This document shows positions 34,276 to 46,915 of a stretch of DNA of 53,067 nucleotides, in pieces. The translations under genes were made by a program, and so were the position numbers. The DNA is from Octopus bimaculoides. Its lineage: Eukaryota. Under the pieces are notes generated by a model. That model was not told where the DNA came from. It did no database searches and was given only the letters and a program-made list of their open reading frames with translations. Within the stretch, counting starts at the first letter, position 1. Each line of letters begins with the position of its first letter. The stretch covers positions 18,921,840-18,974,906 of the forward strand of contig NC_069006.1 of NCBI RefSeq assembly GCF_001194135.2, in the 5' to 3' direction.

Positions 34276-37200
34276 GCTGAAAGGATGAAAGGCAAAGTCG
34301 ACTTTTGTGGGATTTGAACTCGGAGAGCAGAGTCAAAACAAATACCACAAAGCATTTTGTCCGACGCTCTAATAACTCAACCAACATGCTGACATAATGA
34401 ATTCAAAATCCTTGGAGAGTTGACTTTGTCTTTCATCATATTGAAGTTGGGCGATGGTGGTGGTGGTGGTGGGGGAGTTGATAAAATTTTTATGGCTTTG
34501 TGGCAAAAATAGAAAGCATTGTTTCTATTCTTTTTAGTTTTTTTTTTCTCTTTGTAGCAGTAGTTGTGAAAGCAACAATAATTACAACAACAAAGCACGA
34601 ACAATTACTACTACCACCACCACCACTACTACTAACTACTACTACAGCAATAATACAAACAACTGTGGCTGTTTGAACTGTCATGAGTAACGGCAATAGC
34701 ACCAGTAGTAGTAGTAGTAGCAGCAACAATAATTACTATTCTTACTGCTACTACTACTACTACTACTATAATAACAACTCTTACACTATACAATGGCAGC
34801 AGTTGACATGGTAGAAACAACAGCTACAATAGTAACAATTATACACTACATCAACAATAACAATACAACTAGTACAATTCGTGACTGTTACTTCAACAAT
34901 GACAACGAAGCTACACTTGTGATCCAAGCATCTCTTGTCGATGTTGACTAACACTGATGGCCTTAATATGTCTTGAGCTTCTATTTTTGACTCAATGGTG
35001 AGTGTGAGTGTGAGGATGGTGGTAGCAAAGCGAGAGCATGTGAGTGTATGTAATACCGCGTGCGTGTGTGAGTGTGTGTGTGTGAGCGAGTTTCTTTAAT
35101 CTTTTACTTGTTTCAGTCATTCGACTGCGGCCATGTTGGAGCACTGCCTTGAAGAAATTTTTGTTGAATGAACCGACTCGGTAATTATTATCATTTCTGT
35201 TAAGCTGGGCACTTATTTTATCAAAGCCTTTTGCCAAACTGCTAAGTTTACGGGCGGGGATGTAAACGCACTAACACTGGTTGTCAAGCGATGATAGGGG
35301 ACAAACACAAAAACAAAAACACACGCATATATATGTATGTATGTATATGATGGGCTTCTTTCAGTTTCCGTCTACCAAATCCACTCACAAGGCTTTGGTC
35401 GGTCCGAGGCTATGGTAGAAGACACTTCCCCAAGATGCCACGCAGTGGGACTGAACCTGGAGCCATGTGCACACCAGCCTTCTTCAGGCGTTTTGTGTTG
35501 AACTTGTATCAGAATTTCAAACACTGTTCTTATTCTGCTCTCTATGTTTCATAACATTTCTTTTGTTTCAATTGATTTTAAAAATTTTTTTCATCTGAAG
35601 CAAAACAATGTCACGAAAAGCAGAGAGCTGAAAGAGAAAAGTGTACCTCCTGTGGATCAAATAAAGGGTTGGGTTTGAAATTCTGATACAGCAATCGAGT
35701 TCAATACAAGACACTCACAGAAGGTGGATCGAACAACAACCAAAATGTAGTGAAATCAATAATCAAAGATGGGGATACCAGTCTGACTAACATAAACAGT
35801 GTGGTTGTGTGGTAAGAAGTTTGCTTCCCAATCACATGGTTCTGTGTTCAGTCACACTGCATGGCACCTTGGGTGAGTGTTTTCTACAACAGCCGCGGGC
35901 TGACCAAAGCCTTGCGAGTGGATTTGGTAGAGACAGAAACTGAAAGAAGCCCGTCATATATATATATAGGATGGCTGTGAGATCAGTCAGCTGTCCACAT
36001 AGTTCGTTCAAGCATGCTAGCATGTATTTAAGAAAAGAAAGAATATATAGATATATATATATATATATATATATATATCCAGTCCAGGGATCGTTGCCAG
36101 TGCCCCTGGACTGGCTCTTGTGCGGGTGGCACATAAAAGACACCATTTCGAGCGTGGCCGTTTTCGTGCGGGTGACACGTAAAAGCACCCACTACACTCT
36201 CGGAGTGGTTGGCGTTAGGAAGGGCATCCAGCTGTAGAAACTCTGCCAAATTGGATTGGAGCCTGGTGTTGCCATCCAGTTTCACCAGTCCTCAGTCAAA
36301 TCGTCCAACCCATGCTAGCATGGAAAGCGGACGTTAAATGACGACGACATATATATAACTTGATTCTGTCGGTCACGAATGATCATGGGTGCACCTAAGA
36401 GGTTCCCCTCCAGGGTACAAGTCTGGGTGGAGAGTCGCCTCACCTAGGATTGCTTTTATGGAAGACCAGCAGTCACCCATGCATACCAGCCTCCTCTCTC
36501 CACGCCACCGAAGTTATCCAAGGGAAAGGCAAAGGCTGATAGAGCTTGGCGCCAGAGATGTTGCATACCTCCTAGTTTACATAACTGGACCAGGGACACT
36601 CCAACCATGACCAATATGTATTTTTTCTTCTATTAAATTCTATTAAGTCACTACTCAGTGTGTGTATATGTGTGAGTGAGTGTGTGTGTGAATGTGTACA
36701 ATGACCTCTTTTCCTTCTTTAGACAAGCTGAAAATAGAAAGATCTGCTTTGTGATCATAAGTCCTGGGGTCGATTTGTTTGACTAAGGGCAGTGCTCCAG
36801 CATGACCACAGTCAAATGACTGAAACAAATAAAAGAATAATATATATATTCTTTTGCTTGTTTTCAGTCATTTGATTGTGACCATGCTGGAGCACTGCCT
36901 TTAGTCCAACAAATCGACCCCAGGGCTTATTCTTTGTAAGCCTGGTACTTATTCTATTGGTTTCTTTTGCTGAATCACTAAGTTACAGAGATGTAAACAG
37001 AGGTATGCATGGAATTCATGCTTCAACAAATAAGTGTCCTACATTGTACAAAGAGAGCTAGTTAATATTTTCTTAAGATTGCAGGATGAGGTTTGACACA
37101 GATTAGACAGCTATATCTAGTAATCCAGGTAACAGAGTAGAGAAGAAGTGTACACTGAGACATACTCTTACTGGAAAGCTTATATAGAATATAACATGGC

Positions 37201-37476
37201 GTCGAAGATACACAAACACAATATGTATAATAATTATACACTCATGAAGTACACATACACACTCACACAATACATACAGGCAGGGTCTGTATATTAATAC
37301 ATACCGAAACAACAAACTAAGTGTTAGATTTTTCAGTTTTAGTGAATAAACAGAGCAAAATCAATCATGACAAGAACCTGTTCATAGTCCGAAGTTGAAG
37401 ATTAAATATTAGCTTGCTGATGACTTTGATGGGTACACTATGTAGATCTTTCTTTTTTTGTTTGTTTTTCACTTGC

Positions 37477-38660
37477 AATATTATACAAACACGAGGAGGC
37501 AAGCTAGCAAAATCTTTAGCATGCTAGGCTAAATGCAAAGCAGCGTTTTGTCTGTCTTTATGTTCTCAGTTCAAATTGACTTTGTCATTCATCCTTTGGT
37601 GGGTGGGTGGGGGGTCAATAAAACAAGCAGCACCAGTGGAGTATTGGGAGTCGATGTAATTGACTTACTCCCTCCCCTGAAATTACTAGCTAGCCTTATA
37701 CCAATCTTATATGAACATAAGGCAACGAGCAGGCAGAATCTTTAACATAACAGCATTTCATGCATCTTCATGTATTGAATTCAATTCTATTAAAGTCGAT
37801 TTTGCCTTTCATCCTTTCATGGTTGGTAAAATAAGTACCAGTTGAGCACTGGGGTTGATGTAATTGATTTACCCCTCCACAAAATTACTGACTTTGTGCC
37901 AAAATTAGAAACAAATATTATACAAACATAGAATTGTAAACTGGTAGAATTGTTAGCACGTTGGGCAAAATGCTTAGCAATATTTCATCCTTCTTTACAT
38001 TCTAAGTTCAAATTCCATCAAAGTTCAGTTGCCTTTCATCCTTTAAGGGTTGATAAAATAAGTACCAGCTGAGTACTGGTGGCCTTGTGTCAAAATTTGA
38101 AACCAATATTATACAGACATATAAGACAGTGAACTGGCAGAAACATTAGCATGCCAAGCAAAATGTTTAACAGCATTTTGTCCATCTTTATGTTCTAAGT
38201 ATAAATTCCGCCGAGAACAACTCTGCTTTTCATCCTTTCATGGTTGATAAAATAAGTACCAGTTGATTACTGGGGTCGATGTAAACAACTTACCCACTCC
38301 CTCAAAATTGCCTTGTGCCAAAAGTAGAAACCAGTATTATACAGATATATAAAGCAATGAGCTGACAGAATCATTAGCGGATCGGAAAGCATTTTTTCTG
38401 GATTTATGTTCTGAGTTCAAATTCTGCTAAAATCAACTTTGTCTTTCATCCTTTTGGGGGTCGATAAAATAAGTACTAGTCAAGCACTAAGGTCAATATA
38501 ATCAATTAGCACCCTTCCCAAAAATGTTCAGATCTTGTGCCTATAACAGAAAGGAATATTATGGAAACATATAAAAGAGCAAGCTGGTAGGATTGTTACT
38601 GCATTGGACAAAATGCTTAGTGGAATTTCATCCATCTTTATGTTCAGAGTTCAAATTTCA
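37477..38660 (+). repeat. Head-to-tail array of six family D SINE units with a shared linker
   Basis: Linker aatattatacaRacata at 37477, 37703, 37914, 38105, 38333 and 38555. Confidence 0.8.
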
Positions 38661-38704
38661 CTGATGAATCCTAATGGAAATTCCTTTAACTATGCTATTT
38701 AAAA

Positions 38705-39085
38705 CAGACCTAGGGCAATTAGAATGGATGTTAATGTATTCTAAGCCAAGAGTAACATCTAAGAAACAGGGTACTTTAGTGTTGTTTTCAAAGGAGATAC
38801 AGAGGCTATAGTTCTTGAAGAGCTTGTGAAGGGCTTTCTAGATAAACTCAATGGCTAGCCTTGATGTTCTCATGGCTGCAAAAAGAAAGGTGCTCATTAA
38901 TTTAGTAGTAGAAAAAGACCTGCTAGGTTGGTAAATCGGGCAATATTGGAGGAGCCCACAGAGATATCAAAGCGGATGAGGGATGAATTTGAAGACCAGC
39001 ATTTGTTGTTAAAAGACAGGTGAGATTTTTGAGCTGTTAAGATAATGTCTATGTCCAACCAAGAAAGAGTTGTGCAAACCCTAGT
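38705..39085 (-). mobile_element. Penelope-like reverse transcriptase fragment (degenerate)
   Basis: Minus strand gives DIDIILTAQKSHLSFNN, FDISVGSSNIARFTNLAGLFLL, RKALHKLFKNYSLCISFENNTKVPCFLDVTL and YINIHSNCP. These resemble the PLE RT motifs FDVTMGSxDGAEVCELVGL, FLDVTL and Y.N..SNHP. Confidence 0.7.
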
Positions 39086-39099
39086 GAAAGGGTCAGAAG

Positions 39100-39462
39100 T
39101 GGTTGTTAGTAAATTTCTACTACTTCACCAGCTCCAATTTGGGGCCTTCTAATTCCCCCAGTTGTAATCCTATAGTTTACTATGTGTGGGGCACAGTTGA
39201 GGAGGACACCAACTGCTTTGCCTGCAACACCAAGGTCAAGCTGGTGACCTTTTTTGAAGATCTTTCGATGGATACAGTGAGGAATATATGCATCAAAGTT
39301 CCAGGACCATCTTGAAGCCGAGGGTGGCTACTCTGAGTAAATTGTTATTTCCCAGCCATAATCGAATCGATATGTTTTGATTGTTTAAAATATTTTTGTT
39401 TTTAGATGGGACATTGTTTTCTTTTTCTTTTCTTTTTAGGCAAACTGTAAAATTTAGAATGT
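39100..39462 (+). mobile_element. Second, shorter copy of the same DD37D element (3' end)
   Basis: SNSPSCNPIVYYVWGTVEEDTNCFACNTKVKLV...DTVRN aligns with 46620-46780. Confidence 0.75.
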
Positions 39463-39479
39463 ATGTGTGTGTTTGTAAA

Positions 39480-40269
39480 TATTTATAACTTCATTTTAAT
39501 CGTGAAAAGTCCAACGAAGGGGGCATGGGTGTATTACGAATTTTCCCCCCTCTAAAAATGCGTATTACATGTATTTCAAAATATAGAATAGTATAACTTG
39601 AAAAATTACGAAAAGGATTCATTATTTTTTTAAGGCTTCTCTTCGTCCTATTATTTTGAAGTGTGGGATAAAATTTACTTTGGAAAAATCTCGACAAATA
39701 CAGAGAATCCTAACCACCGTGTCCATCAATGGCCGAATAAACATACTCTTTAACGTGTACTGCGTACCATATTTACTCAACGGATTTTTTTTTACCATCT
39801 GCCTAAATGTTTCATTTTGTCTGAATTAAGACTGTTTCTCAGGAGTTTAATCGGACAACCGATTTATCACATAAAGTAGCCGATTGATATCTGTATCTAT
39901 ATATCCGAGAAGTTCAGAAAAAAAAAAATGATTGTCTATAGTTTCAGACGTCTTCAGAAACTAATTTTTTATGTGAATAATACCTCAAGACTGCAAAACT
40001 TGAGAAATATACCAACAACATTTATATAAAATTACCACCATCCCATTTTCACAATCGGGTGCTTGGATGGTGCAATACTTACATAAATACACACCCACAC
40101 ATACACTGTATTGTATAGAGCTCCAATCCTATGAAAGCTTTAGTGAATTTTTAATTAACTATCGAAGATCTTAACTAAAATTATAACCTAATTTATCAAA
40201 ACAAAATGTAAAATCCATTAAAAATATTGTTTTTATTTTGTCCAAATTTGTTGGATGTGAGTGTATGTA

Positions 40270-40317
<48 letters not shown>

Positions 40318-43300
40318 AACACAAACACGGACATGTGTTTGTACATATACATACATGCATATACATACATACGTACATACATATATACATTACATACATA
40401 CATATGTACATTACATACATACATATGTACATTACATACATACATACATACATACATATACATACAAATAAACAAATTTATTATTTTTACGTAAGTCCGA
40501 CGAAAGCTTAGCTGGCTGAAAGTTCGAAGTCACTGTCAACAACATTCTTGAATAAGAATGATAAATATACATGTGTGTGGAGAGAGACAGAGAGAGAGAG
40601 AAGAACAAAGTCAGCAACAACTGGAAAAAAAAAAATGATTCAATACATGAAAGAATAGTTTGTTACTGAAAACAAGTTTGTGTCGTTACAAAAAGAAAAA
40701 TATTGAAATAAGTCAGTTGGAGTTCATAAGACGTTCTGAAAAATTCAAGAAGTAGATTATCATTTTTTTTTTCTTCTATCGTGCTTTCAGTGTGTGTGTG
40801 TTTTTTTTCCCGTGGAATGAGTGGAAGATGGAGTTCCATCCAAACAAATGTAGTAGTAGTTACAATAGTGCATTCGCTATTAGCCACGAGGGTGACAAAA
40901 TATCGGGAACTGTACTGGACGATACAGTGTAGCAATTATATATATATATATATAAGAAATTGTAAACGAAGAAAATAACAAAAACAGAAAAATTCAAAAC
41001 AAAGAAACAAGTCCTCAAAAGGTGGGGATCGGGGAAACCTCCGAGGGTTTCACGTGTAAACCCCCTCGTGTCAGCAGTGAGGGGCGACCGTGGAAAACCA
41101 ACTACGATCGCCCTCACTGCTGACATGAGCACCTTCGCCCAGCTGTCCCTTTTCAAATAAGTAATTCTTTCTACTATAGGCACAAAGCCAGGGATTTGGT
41201 AGGAGGAGCTCGTCGATTAACATCGATCCCCAGCGCTCAATTGAACCTTTATTTGATCGACTCTGAAAGGTTGAAAAGTCGACCTCAGCGGAATTTGAAC
41301 TCAGATCAAATAGTAGTAGTAATAATAATAATAATAATAATGACAGTTTTCTTTATTAACCACTAAGGATTCAAAACAAAAAAAACATTGGGAACAGTAC
41401 AGGTAAACAACAACAACAACAATAATAATAATATATAATGACGATGGTGATGAAAAAACGAAGTAGTATTTACCGGAACGGAGTTGTTTGAGCTGAAATG
41501 ATTGCAGTGTTCGTAAAGTAACTAGAGTTGAAAGTCTGTTCTTCGAGATGAAGCTGACTGCGCCGTTATACTAGGAGTGTTCAGACTATGTCTACAGTTT
41601 ATGATTACATCGACCTGTATGAACGTTATATGCGTATACATACACACATATATGTATGTATATATGTTACTGTTAGTGGCGTGTACGCTGAGAAGTGACG
41701 TCGTCTGCATAGAGTTAATTCCCTTAGCAGACACGCCCCATTTCATGTTAGTACACCTAACTCACTAAGTTATTATTACATACTTTCGTCGTTTAGCCAA
41801 ACTTCAGTCTTAATCCGACATACTTACGTTCAAAGTCTTCCAGGTTGTGTTTTACCCACCCACCTATTCTTCTTCGTTTTGTACACATTGCGCGTCTAAA
41901 ATTTATATTATATATCTACTGTATGTTATGTAATATGCAGTAAATTTTCTTTATAATATCTGATTTATATAATGTAGCTGTGGTTCTCAGACGGCTCGCT
42001 GCAGTAGTGTCAAGGTGTGCTATGGAGTTTTAATGATATTATTTAAGGCTTTTGAAAATTCGCTCTAATACTTAGGTGTGTTGTAAAACGTTATATTTTT
42101 TACTATACAAGTCTCGTTAATAAAGTAAGGTAAACAATAGTTTCGACTTTTTTTTCTGATTTAAAACGGTTTTGACTTTTCTGTGCGACGTGCACCGACT
42201 TTTTTTTTTTTTGCGTCTGTGCGCTATCATTTTTCTTTTCTTTTTTGTTTTTGCACGAGAATCTTTGCCAAGTGGTTATATCTGTAGCTGTAAGTTATAT
42301 AAATTTGTTCAGAGAACATGTAATGTGCTAAAGGGCATCACTAGTGTATAATAATAATAATGGCGAAGGTTAAAGAGTAATCACACCCGGTGTTTGGGGT
42401 AGGGTAAGGGTTACGCCGGAAACGGGTGGTGTGCGTATTCTTTACCTCCGCCATAATACTTTCTACTATCGGCACAAGGCCTGAAATTTGGGGGAGGAGG
42501 ATAATCAATTACATCGATTCCTGTGCCCGAAAAGGTGAAAGGCAAAGTCGAAAATATAATGAAGTAATGAAAAAGAGAGGTCTAATGTTTCGCGCGGAAC
42601 CCTTCGACGGAGAGAAGAGCTGTATTGGTGTCTGAAGAATAAAAATAGTTATCTGAATTATTTGTCTATAATATTTTATAATATAGGTAAACAGGTAGTG
42701 CCTTGGAAAATTTCCAGAAAAGTTTCTCAGAGAATGTTGTGCACAATGCCCTATACGAATGGTCACCAAATTTATTTTGGTGCGAATTTCATACGTGATT
42801 TTTCTAAAATTGCAAAACCCTTAACTATATCTTACGGACAATCTCTACCACCCTATTTTAAGAAGTTATTTAATTAAACAAAGGTTGTTTTAAATAGAGA
42901 ATTAGTTTATATAATAACATATTATTTTGAAATTGGGGAAAGGTATTTATTTCCTAAAATAGATTTTTATTAAATTTTATTAAAAGACAGTTTATATCAC
43001 AAAACCTCAGAACTATTTTTTCACGGAACCTGCTTTGACAAACGCTGTTCTATGCTAATAAAGCAGGAGTAAAACCCGTTCTAAAGTCTTAACCACATAG
43101 CAGAAAGCGATTTGATGTGTTAGACTGCTTTTGCAAATATCATTTTGTGTATATGATCGACTTAGAGGTTTGTTGGGTATTAGACAAACTTGAGCGAGTG
43201 GAACTTCGCATGTGATGCATCCCTGTTACCTAGCAGGCGTCGGTTCGTGTCTGACATATAGTAATACACCGTGTACCAGTTCAGATTACACATAATCTAA
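39480..43300. promoter_or_regulatory. CpG-retaining putative promoter region (MVP TSS and possibly a divergent transcript)
   Basis: CG dinucleotides are visibly more frequent here than in MVP introns. CRE-like TGACGTC at about 41696-41702. Candidate donors: CCG|GTAAAT on the minus strand (41474) and AAG|GTAAAC on the plus strand (42129). CpG density was judged by eye, not computed. Confidence 0.4.
41474..41690 (-). other. Candidate non-coding first exon of MVP
   Basis: MVP coding exon 1 starts with a splice acceptor, so an upstream exon must exist. This CpG-rich segment ends at a G|GTAAAT donor. The start coordinate is a guess. Confidence 0.3.
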
Positions 43301-43839
43301 TGTGAGACGGCAAAGCAGAACTGTATGGGAAAATAGAGTAGGCTCTGTTCACTCCACTGACTACAAATTCTTTATACATACAGGTCGTTCTGTAACAACA
43401 CTTTTTTTTTTCGTAGTTAAGTCATGTGGAAGAAAAGCATGTTAGACATTAATGAGGAAAGAGGAGGGGAAGTTCTGCACTAACTTAGTTGGCAACAAAT
43501 TCTTTGTAGGTCATTCAGTAGCAACACATTTTGTTTTGGTGAAGTCAAGGCGAGTGGAGTAGGGAAGAGATGCTAGAAGTTCCTGAGCCAGACTTTACGC
43601 ACAAGTGACTATTATTGAATGCTAATGTGTTGTTCTTAGTGTGACAGAGTATCTAGAGAATATATAGTGTAACTTGTAAATTATGTAATGTATCCAGTAC
43701 ATAATGTATATTACGTCTGGTTATTCTTTATTCGAAGGTGAGCCCTGATCTAGCAGACATACAAAGATATTTTTGTTGTGCCCATTTCGTTTTTTCTGTT
43801 TTTTTTTTAGACACTGTATTCATAACTGTATTACATAAT

Positions 43840-44600
43840 GCAGTTCATCAAGGCTGTATCCTATCTCGTGTTTTTTAGCATCTCCATAGAAAACATCATC
43901 CTAGAGACACTACTTGACTTCCATACCCCCCACTTCCATTGGAGAACAGCCCTCTCTTAACTAGTGTTTTATTGGAGATATCAATCTGAGGGGGGGGGGG
44001 AGATGGGGCAGCAAAGCAGAACTCGGCATCAGACTGGAAAGAGTGTCAAGAACGTATGGATTGAAATTCGATCCAGAAAAGAATAAGATTCTGATTGACA
44101 GCCACAATCACAATACAGTAACAAATGTCATGTTGAATGGATAAAAACTACTGGTCACTAAGATCTGGCCTATGATGAAGCTGAGCATCATATAGTTAAG
44201 CATTTCTATTAGTTTTCAACAAATCTCAAACTGAACCAGTCCCCAATGACGTCATCTTTTTTTTTTTTATGGGTTGGAAAAACTGGACATTCACAGCGGA
44301 TACAGAATATACATAGAACTTAGTAGTTCAAGTGCAAGTGCTTGAGAAGGCTCCTCTACATTTCATACACAAAGCAAAACTTAGTCTGCCTGCTAGTTAT
44401 CAAATAGGCTGACATGCAAAGGACAACTTCTTACTTCAGTGAAATGATGAAAGTTCACTTATATGGACATGTATCCCAACACATGTTTGCCAAACAATAC
44501 TGCAGGATACAGTTATAGGACTGTGAAGACAAAGCAGACAAAGAAAATCCTCATTTCACCCTACCAAGGACAGGATACATCTCAACACTACAGCTATTGT
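43840..44600 (+). mobile_element. RTE-clade LINE ORF2 3' fragment (degenerate RT)
   Basis: AVHQGCILS (QGCxLSP motif), ENIILETL, FIGDINL (decayed FADD), RLERVSRTYGLKFDPEKNKILI, YGHVS, KTILQDTV and RQSRQRK, with stops and frameshifts. Confidence 0.8.
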
Positions 44601-45657
44601 CTTTGTGATGGAGGCTAAAGACTAATTACATTTACTGACTACCAGAGTATTTAGAATAGCATCCCAGTGATTGGCTTCATCAGTCACATGTATACACAAA
44701 CACACACATATATATATATACATACATTTTTGGTGAACTTGACTACTTTTCCATTATCAACTCATATAGTAAGAATTGTGTCTCTGTATCTCTGTCCAAC
44801 CTCCCAGTACTTTCATTATGTCTGAATTTTATTGAAATACTGACAGGTCATTTAGCTGGCTGACCTATGATACTTTCACTATATATTTTGTGAAAATGCT
44901 AAGTCGTTTAATTAGTTGATATACTGAGTAGATGTGGTTCATACATTTAACTGTGTGTATGAATTGTGTGTGTGCCTCTGTCTTTTATCGTTACTTGTTC
45001 CAGTCATTGGATTGCAACTAAGTTAGGGCACTGCCTTGCAAGGATTTACTTGAACAGACCAACCTCAGTACATATTTTTTGAGCCTGATACTTATTCTGT
45101 TGGTCTCTTTTACCAAATCACTAAATTATGGGGATGTAAACAAACTAACACTGGCTGTCAAATGGTGGAGGGAGACAAACACAAACACAAGAACACACAC
45201 ACACACAAGGCTTCTTTCAGTTTTCTCCTCCCAAATCCACTCTTGCATCTTTTTGTTTCCTTATTTGTCATTTGCATGTAGTCTCTAAAGGAAACAGAAC
45301 AGGCAAATCATATCTTAGCAACTGATAAAAATTCAAATCTATTTTTGCTGATAAAATGAAAGAAGGAAGAGGTTGTTTTTAGAGGCCGAAAGCCTAGAGA
45401 ACTGCAGTCATGTTTCTTTAGAGGCTACAACCTGATAACACTATAACAACTTTAACCTGATAACACACTTGATTGCCAAGTTGCTATGTAACACCCACTT
45501 CATCACTAATAAGATATTTTTTAAAAATTCTATTTTTACTCTTTTATCGAACCGCTAAGTTACGGGGACGTAAACACACCAGCATCGGTTGTCAAGCAAT
45601 GTTGGGGGGACAAACACAGACACACAAACATACACACACACACATACACACACACAC

Positions 45658-45695
<38 letters not shown>

Positions 45696-46089
45696 GACGG
45701 GCTTCTTTCAGTTTCCGTCTACCAAATCCACTCACAAGGCTTTGGTTGGCCCAAGGCTATAGTAGAAGACACTTGCCCAAAGTGCCATGCTGTGGGACTG
45801 AACCCAGAACCATGTGGTTGGTAAGCAAGCTACTTATGACGCAGCCACTCCTACCCCTATTTTGCTGAAGATTAAATTCTAAAAAGCATGTTTTAATTAT
45901 TTGAGGGTGCAAGTGTGGCTGTATAGTTAAGAAGCTTGCTTCCCAACTTCATGGTTTTGAGTTCAGTTCTACTGAACGACACCTTGGGTAAGTGTCTTCT
46001 GCTACAGCCTCGGACTAACCAAAGCCTTGTGAGTAGATTTAGTAGATGGAAACTGTCTATCTGTTTGTCACTGTATGTATGTGTCTGTA

Positions 46090-46915
46090 GGCAGAGTTTT
46101 CGAGCTGAACTTGACAATATTTTATGTCTCCTTTTTTTCAAGAACAGCTTTGCTGTATTGAACAGTCAATGGCATTGGAGAACATAAAAGTTAGTTGTTG
46201 ATTAGAAAAGGTTAGCTGACATGGGAGACTGGAAGCCATCTGAATACTGGAAAAGAGTTACCTGTATCATGATGATAAGCGCCAGGTATCAAAATGCCAA
46301 CATCATGACTGATGCTTAATGCTTTGTGAACACTGTAAAGGCTGTAAGACATGATATGGACAGCTGCAACAGAGACTATTAAGCTGTAACCAGCATTCTG
46401 ACTGCAACCATATGCCAAGATACATCGCCACATCTTTGAACAAAGCCATAGGCTCAATTCAGATGGTTATGTGAGACTGCTGGAGACTATGGTCAATTCC
46501 TGATTGGAAGGATGTATGAATGGCAGCAAGATTTGGTTCCTTGCCATACCACTGGAAAGAGTCAGAAGTGACTGTCAAAGAATTTCTACCACTTCAGCAG
46601 CTCCAATTTCAGGCTTCCCCATTCCCCTAATTGTAATCCCATAGATTACTTTGTGTGAGGCGCATTTGAAAAAGACACCAACCACTCTGCCTGTAACTCC
46701 AAGGCTGAGCTGGTGGCCAAGATCAAGAGAGTATTCAAAGACCTTTCTAGAGACACGGTGAGGAACACATGCACCAGCTGGGGCCATGATGGGAGCTGAG
46801 GGTAACGATTTTGCGTAAACTGTTATCTCCCTGCCATTATCTAATTGATATTTGGATGGGATATGTTTCCTCTTCCTCTTATGCAAACTGTCAAATTCAG
46901 CCTGAACAAAATGTA
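46090..46915 (+). mobile_element. Internally deleted Tc1/mariner element, DD37D (maT) family
   Basis: WQQD (46530) ... SPNCNPID (46644) has exactly 37 codons between the two Asp. Decayed TIRs cagagttttcgagctgaacttgaca / tgtcaaattcagcctgaacaaaatg. ATG at 46221; in-frame stops present. Confidence 0.8.

Noticed and set aside
34580-34900. Mosaic of ACT/ACA/GTA trinucleotide runs giving poly-V, poly-T and poly-L ORFs
   Set aside because: An ordinary compound microsatellite with no splice signals or homology.
38661-38690. CTGATGA-ATCC-taat-GGA as a hammerhead
   Set aside because: No properly placed GAAA, stem III or cleavage triplet.
39939-39963. Minus-strand CTGAAGA...GAAAC as a hammerhead
   Set aside because: Only 5 nt separate the core motifs, there is no GUH triplet and no stem I. 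It is better read as a DNA inverted repeat, TAGTTTC-agacgtct-tca-GAAACTA.
41019-41153. Identification of the structured element as a vault RNA or HDV-like ribozyme
   Set aside because: There is no convincing internal A/B box for a vault RNA, and the CCCTCGT segment lacks the upstream P1 strand needed for an HDV fold. It is kept only as an unassigned structured candidate.
46575-46886. 103-aa minus-strand ORF as a gene
   Set aside because: It is the antisense shadow of the decayed DD37D transposase on the plus strand.
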